DNA from: an uncultured virus (IMG/VR IMGVR_UViG_3300037991_001521)
Lineage: Duplodnaviria; Heunggongvirae; Uroviricota; Caudoviricetes; Autographiviridae
DNA length: 20,000 bases
Direction: 5' to 3' (one strand)
Virus record (IMG/VR): IMGVR_UViG_3300037991_001521
Location: 45,975-65,974 of that record
Shown here: positions 16,248 to 20,000 of the stretch, piece by piece
Position numbering within the stretch: the stretch's first letter is position 1
How the letters are laid out: every line of letters begins with the position of its first letter
Notes under the pieces: model-generated
Databases searched by the model: none
What the model was told of the DNA's origin: nothing
The model's input: only the letters and a program-made list of their open reading frames with translations
Program-made: the position numbers and the translations under genes

Positions 16248-17816
16248 TTAGGTGGTTTCTTGTTCGGGTGGTTGTTCTGCCATTTCAGGATTTTTAGAAG
16301 GATCCATCATCGGCGTTTTCATTGCATCAACGCTAAGTTTCTGCTGTTCAAGTTGCATCTGTTGTTGCATCTGTTGTTGGCGTTCACCCTGCACCTCTTC
16401 CATAGAACGTACAAGATTTAGTACGTCAATACCTTGAGATGCAGCAAGACGTTTGATGACTTCGTCAGTGTTAATAAACTGTGCAATGGACTCAGGTCCT
16501 AGAGTCTGTGCCAGTGTTGTCAGGAATGAACCAAGGCTTTCACGATCTTGGCCGCGGCCTAGTGCGTTGACACCTGCAACAATAGTAGGCTTGACAATGT
16601 TCTTAGGAATGCGTGGGATCTCACCCTTACGCTGTGCTTCACTAAGTTTTCGATTGAGATAAGGAACAAGAAAGTCAACAGTCAGCAAACTAAACAAGCC
16701 ACCGAGTTGTTGTTCCAGTTCCATTTGTGTCATACGTACCTCCTCTGCAGTTGTACGTTCTGATTGCCTGACATTGAGAATCAGAAACGCTTCGCTAAGG
16801 CGACGTTCTAATACTTGTGTCATTTCAAATGCAGTTCGGAAGTCTGCAGTCTTACCAACTTGCACAACACCCACGTCATCAGGACGACCCTGAATAATTG
16901 CACCGTTGCCTGCAGCTGCAAGTGTACTGGGTTTGGTTGTACTAGAAGGGCTGACAGTAAACACAACCTTAGCGGCTGCTGCACTGCCTTCAACCAAAGC
17001 TTGGCTAAGACCTTCTAAAGACTTAAGGTCACCAATAAATTGACCAACCCTGCCACGTCCATAGCTTTCACCATCGACTGTGTTGAATCGCAGGGGAATC
17101 CAAGGGGTGTTGTTAATAGGTGACTTGCCTTGCGAACCTTTAATAATTTTGTCAGACACTTCTTGGTGCCAAACAAACCTGTTGTTGTCACGCTTGACAT
17201 GTGTATATACATCAATGTCATCAGCGTAGGAGCCTTCTTCACTCACACTTTTCGTGTCAGCAAAGAAATCTTTGGGCAGTTGATCCCGAAGGATTCGTTT
17301 TGAAATACGTTCTTTTGTAATTATTTCAACTACTTGACCGTTGCCGTCCCGATCCACAACGTAGCGATTCAAAGGGTAGACTTTTAATCCATTCTTGCTC
17401 ATAAAAATCATAGCGTTTCCTGCGACAACCAAATGCAACAAAGCTTGATGCACCGCAACACGGTCATCAGACGCAGCAATTGATTCTAGAATGATACGTT
17501 CGATTTTTGCAAAAGACAAATCAAGTTCGGATTTGATTTCTGGTCCGAAATCTTGACCCAACTGACTTTCGTCAAGTTGCAATTTAAAGAAACTGGTTTG
17601 CACAGGGAGTAGCGCCAGCATCAACTTTGATGCCAGCGTCACACAGCCCTTCGCCCCAACGCTTTGGTATGGTGTCTTCAATTGTTTCATGCCCATGGTG
17701 TATTCTTCATGACCACGAATCAAGTATGGAAGTGTCAGTTCTGATGCTTGACGTGCTTCTTCAAGAAACTGGGAACGGTCGCTAGTTAAATAATCATATC
17801 GTGTACGTGCAGACAT
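16248..17816 (-). CDS. gp8: Head-to-tail connector (portal)
   Basis: 522 aa; PYQSVGAKGCVTLASKLMLALLP, PWIPLRFNTVDGESYGRGRV, RQSERTTAEEVR are gp8-type motifs. Confidence 0.96.
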   Translation of the reverse strand: MSARTRYDYLTSDRSQFLEEARQASELTLPYLIRGHEEYTMGMKQLKTPYQSVGAKGCVTLASKLMLALLPVQTSFFKLQLDESQLGQDFGPEIKSELDLSFAKIERIILESIAASDDRVAVHQALLHLVVAGNAMIFMSKNGLKVYPLNRYVVDRDGNGQVVEIITKERISKRILRDQLPKDFFADTKSVSEEGSYADDIDVYTHVKRDNNRFVWHQEVSDKIIKGSQGKSPINNTPWIPLRFNTVDGESYGRGRVGQFIGDLKSLEGLSQALVEGSAAAAKVVFTVSPSSTTKPSTLAAAGNGAIIQGRPDDVGVVQVGKTADFRTAFEMTQVLERRLSEAFLILNVRQSERTTAEEVRMTQMELEQQLGGLFSLLTVDFLVPYLNRKLSEAQRKGEIPRIPKNIVKPTIVAGVNALGRGQDRESLGSFLTTLAQTLGPESIAQFINTDEVIKRLAASQGIDVLNLVRSMEEVQGERQQQMQQQMQLEQQKLSVDAMKTPMMDPSKNPEMAEQPPEQETT

Positions 17817-18472
17817 TATACGTTAAGTGAAGAGATTTTCATTAGCCGTTCACCAGCGCGACCGAAGGTGCCACGGATACCACGACGTTTTAGTTGTTGT
17901 TGAGTTGCACCACCAGTGCCACGATCTGCAAACCGAATGCTTTCTACACGGGGACGTTCACTACGTTGTGCCATAGCCTGTGCAAAAGAACCTTGCATTT
18001 CTTCCATGCGTTTGGCTGCAGCATCACGCTCTTGCTGCATCTGTGTTTTCAAAGAACCTAATTCACCTTGCAGACCTTTCAATTGATTATTCAAATTTGT
18101 TTGTTGCTCTATTCTTGCATCTTCAGATCGAAATAAATTTTGAGCGTTTGTCCCAAATGTAACGCCTTCTCTAGCAGCTTGACTACGAATGTCACTAATA
18201 CTCATTCCAGCAGCTTGTGCACGGTTAACAGCCATCATGCCTGAATGACCCATCGTATTTTCGTTACCACCATACTGTGCAATAAACGATGAAGCAGGGC
18301 GGGCAGCAAGAAACTCAGTTGCCTTGCTCCCAGTCTGCACACCTTCTCTTGCAAGTTGGTTTCTAATTTCATTAATAGTCATGCCTGCATCAATGGCTTT
18401 TTGAATGCTCTTCATGCCAGTGTGTCTACCAGTGCTCTGGTTACCGCCGAACCTATCAATAAAACTTGCCAT
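17816..18472 (-). CDS. Hypothetical protein before portal (gp6.7/7.3 position), 218 aa, with a tandem ~59-aa repeat and coiled coil
   Basis: Probable start ATG at 18472 (GGAGGAG upstream, TGATG overlap); its TAA overlaps the portal ATG. Confidence 0.75.
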   Translation of the reverse strand: MASFIDRFGGNQSTGRHTGMKSIQKAIDAGMTINEIRNQLAREGVQTGSKATEFLAARPASSFIAQYGGNENTMGHSGMMAVNRAQAAGMSISDIRSQAAREGVTFGTNAQNLFRSEDARIEQQTNLNNQLKGLQGELGSLKTQMQQERDAAAKRMEEMQGSFAQAMAQRSERPRVESIRFADRGTGGATQQQLKRRGIRGTFGRAGERLMKISSLNV

Positions 18473-18651
18473 CAGTTCTCCTCCATATATTGAATGACCC
18501 ACTCAACGACACTTCGTTGACCAGATCGGTACATAATTTTTTCCATTGTATCGTCAGGTGTAGGATTGGTGGGTGGGAAAGATTCCTCAAGTGCATGGAC
18601 AAGACCCTGGGAGTTCATCCCAAGAACTTCAAGCATATTTGGGGAGGTCAT
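18472..18651 (-). CDS. Small hypothetical phage protein (~59 aa, ...IMYRSGQRSVVEWVIQYMEEN)
   Basis: LEESFP...YRSGQRSVVEW pattern that I recognise from small genes preceding T7-like head modules; start uncertain (MTSPNM at 18651 chosen over 18723). Confidence 0.65.
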   Translation of the reverse strand: MTSPNMLEVLGMNSQGLVHALEESFPPTNPTPDDTMEKIMYRSGQRSVVEWVIQYMEEN

Positions 18652-19345
18652 TGTTACTGTGTTCAAAGAAAGCTGGCACTCGTGATGCTCGTGTAAAGGT
18701 AAGCTCAGGAGCTTTGCCTTCATACATTAGACGGTCGCTAGAATCCAGCCAAAATTTTTTGTTCAAATATTTATTGGGGTTTGTTGCAGACAGTGGCTGC
18801 AGCACCCAATTTATAGTTGCCTTCCTGAGACGATCAAGAGAAGGACTGATGTTATACCCCAGCTCAGTATGAACCAAACTATTGGTAGCCACGTGAATTT
18901 GCTCATCTCTACTTATGTCTGCGGAAACTGTTCGCATTCCAGAGTCACCAACAGCGCGAAAGAGTGGTAGAAGAACGAAGAAAATTGCACGCTCAGCGAC
19001 CATGGCCTTAGTGATTGTATGATCCGGATGCGCTGTCCAAGCATCACGGAGCCGTAACGCTTCGGCCTCAGCTTTCTCATCAACCCCGTGAGCATTGGCA
19101 ATGTAACCAAGTGCGAGATCATGTTTTTCCTCGTCTTTGACGTTGGACAGTAGTAGCTCACGCGCCAACGGCGGTACTTCGGTAGATAACGCTTCATTAA
19201 TAAACTCTCCCACAGGCAGTTCCATATGTCTGATGGCAAGAGCACGTTTCAATACTTCTTCGGCCCCCTCCTTTACTGTACCAGCAGTTGTTTGTACTGG
19301 TGTCCAGGTTCTTTTTCGTTCGTGTAGTTTTTGATACGGGTTCAT
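18629..19345 (-). CDS. nrdB: Ribonucleotide reductase class I beta subunit-like ferritin-fold protein (cyanopodovirus type)
   Basis: Dimetal ligand pattern E(LPVGEF)...DEEKH...E(RAIFF)...DEQIH; ATGA overlap with the RNR alpha stop. Confidence 0.75.
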   Translation of the reverse strand: MNPYQKLHERKRTWTPVQTTAGTVKEGAEEVLKRALAIRHMELPVGEFINEALSTEVPPLARELLLSNVKDEEKHDLALGYIANAHGVDEKAEAEALRLRDAWTAHPDHTITKAMVAERAIFFVLLPLFRAVGDSGMRTVSADISRDEQIHVATNSLVHTELGYNISPSLDRLRKATINWVLQPLSATNPNKYLNKKFWLDSSDRLMYEGKAPELTFTRASRVPAFFEHSNNDLPKYA

Positions 19346-20000
19346 TCTTGACAGTCACATTGTGGTTCACTTTCTGCCTCCTCAAATAGAAATTCAAGAT
19401 ACTCTTCAATGTCCTCACCTAATGCAGCATAGACATCTGATTTATCTTGTGTGTCTCCCATTACTTGGAGGGAATAATATAGGGAGGTTTGCGGAGAATT
19501 CAACCACTCTTCGATAAAGGCTTCGTCATATGTAACGACATCACTCCAACTGTTGAAGCTATACCCGTGAAGAAGTCCCGTGCGGTCGAGCATGGTCATG
19601 ATGCCGTCCGCGACTCGCTTATAATTTTTCCATCCTACTGAACTGGCGATTTCTACTTCGCCATATTCGTATGTCTCGACACCAAAGGTGCCACTATCCC
19701 TGTCTACTGTACGTCCGACAGGCGGAGCGATTTCTGGTGTGCAAGTATAACCATCCAGATCCTTGCTGCGATAACTGCAGGAGGCAGTGGGTGCGATAGC
19801 AAAGGCTCGAACCATATTATGAGACCTAGCCATTGCGGCGGCAGATTCAATACCAATGTGGAATTGATGCACCAATTCATAGGCTGGTGTGCGTACCACT
19901 TCTCCTGCATTGTGCTGGTCCAAAGCGATACCGAACTGTTCATAAGTTACTCCGTACCGCCGTAGGAGATTTGCCAGTCCGAGCATTCCGAGTCCGACTT
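19342..20000 (-). CDS. nrdA: Ribonucleotide reductase alpha subunit, C-terminal part (5' end beyond window)
   Basis: VGLGMLGLANLL, FAIAPTASCS, TPEIAP, TSLYY (Tyr pair of class I alpha subunits) and C-terminal CDC redox cysteines; frame open to the window edge. Confidence 0.88.
   Translation of the reverse strand, partial: VGLGMLGLANLLRRYGVTYEQFGIALDQHNAGEVVRTPAYELVHQFHIGIESAAAMARSHNMVRAFAIAPTASCSYRSKDLDGYTCTPEIAPPVGRTVDRDSGTFGVETYEYGEVEIASSVGWKNYKRVADGIMTMLDRTGLLHGYSFNSWSDVVTYDEAFIEEWLNSPQTSLYYSLQVMGDTQDKSDVYAALGEDIEEYLEFLFEEAESEPQCDCQE

Noticed and set aside
1..20000. Repeated phage RNA polymerase promoters, tRNAs, CRISPR arrays, introns or IS elements
   Set aside because: None recognisable by eye; a motif search over the whole genome would be needed to find the promoter consensus.

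Overview
This is a 20 kb segment of a T7-like cyanopodovirus (Autographiviridae, P-SSP7/Syn5-like gene order). All credible genes are on the minus strand. In transcription order (right to left): the 3' end of a cyanophage-type class I ribonucleotide reductase alpha subunit, a ferritin-like beta subunit lacking the canonical radical Tyr, two small/medium genes, portal (gp8), scaffold (gp9), an accessory island, major capsid (gp10) with a terminator, tail tubular A/B (gp11/gp12), three internal virion proteins (gp14-16-like), and the 5' part of a tail fibre (gp17, missed by the ORF track). The most interesting part is the island between scaffold and capsid (14.0-15.5 kb), where P-SSP7 carries hli/psbA. 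Here it holds a secreted small beta-barrel-like protein, a glutamine-II (Downstream-peptide) riboswitch ahead of a YRG-motif peptide, two more structured intergenic leaders and several unannotated basic micro-ORFs. Other oddities: a copy of the tail-fibre N-terminal domain inside gp12, and an apparently circularly permuted M15-like Zn-peptidase domain at the C-terminus of gp15. All family calls are from motif recognition and synteny by eye; no searches were run.
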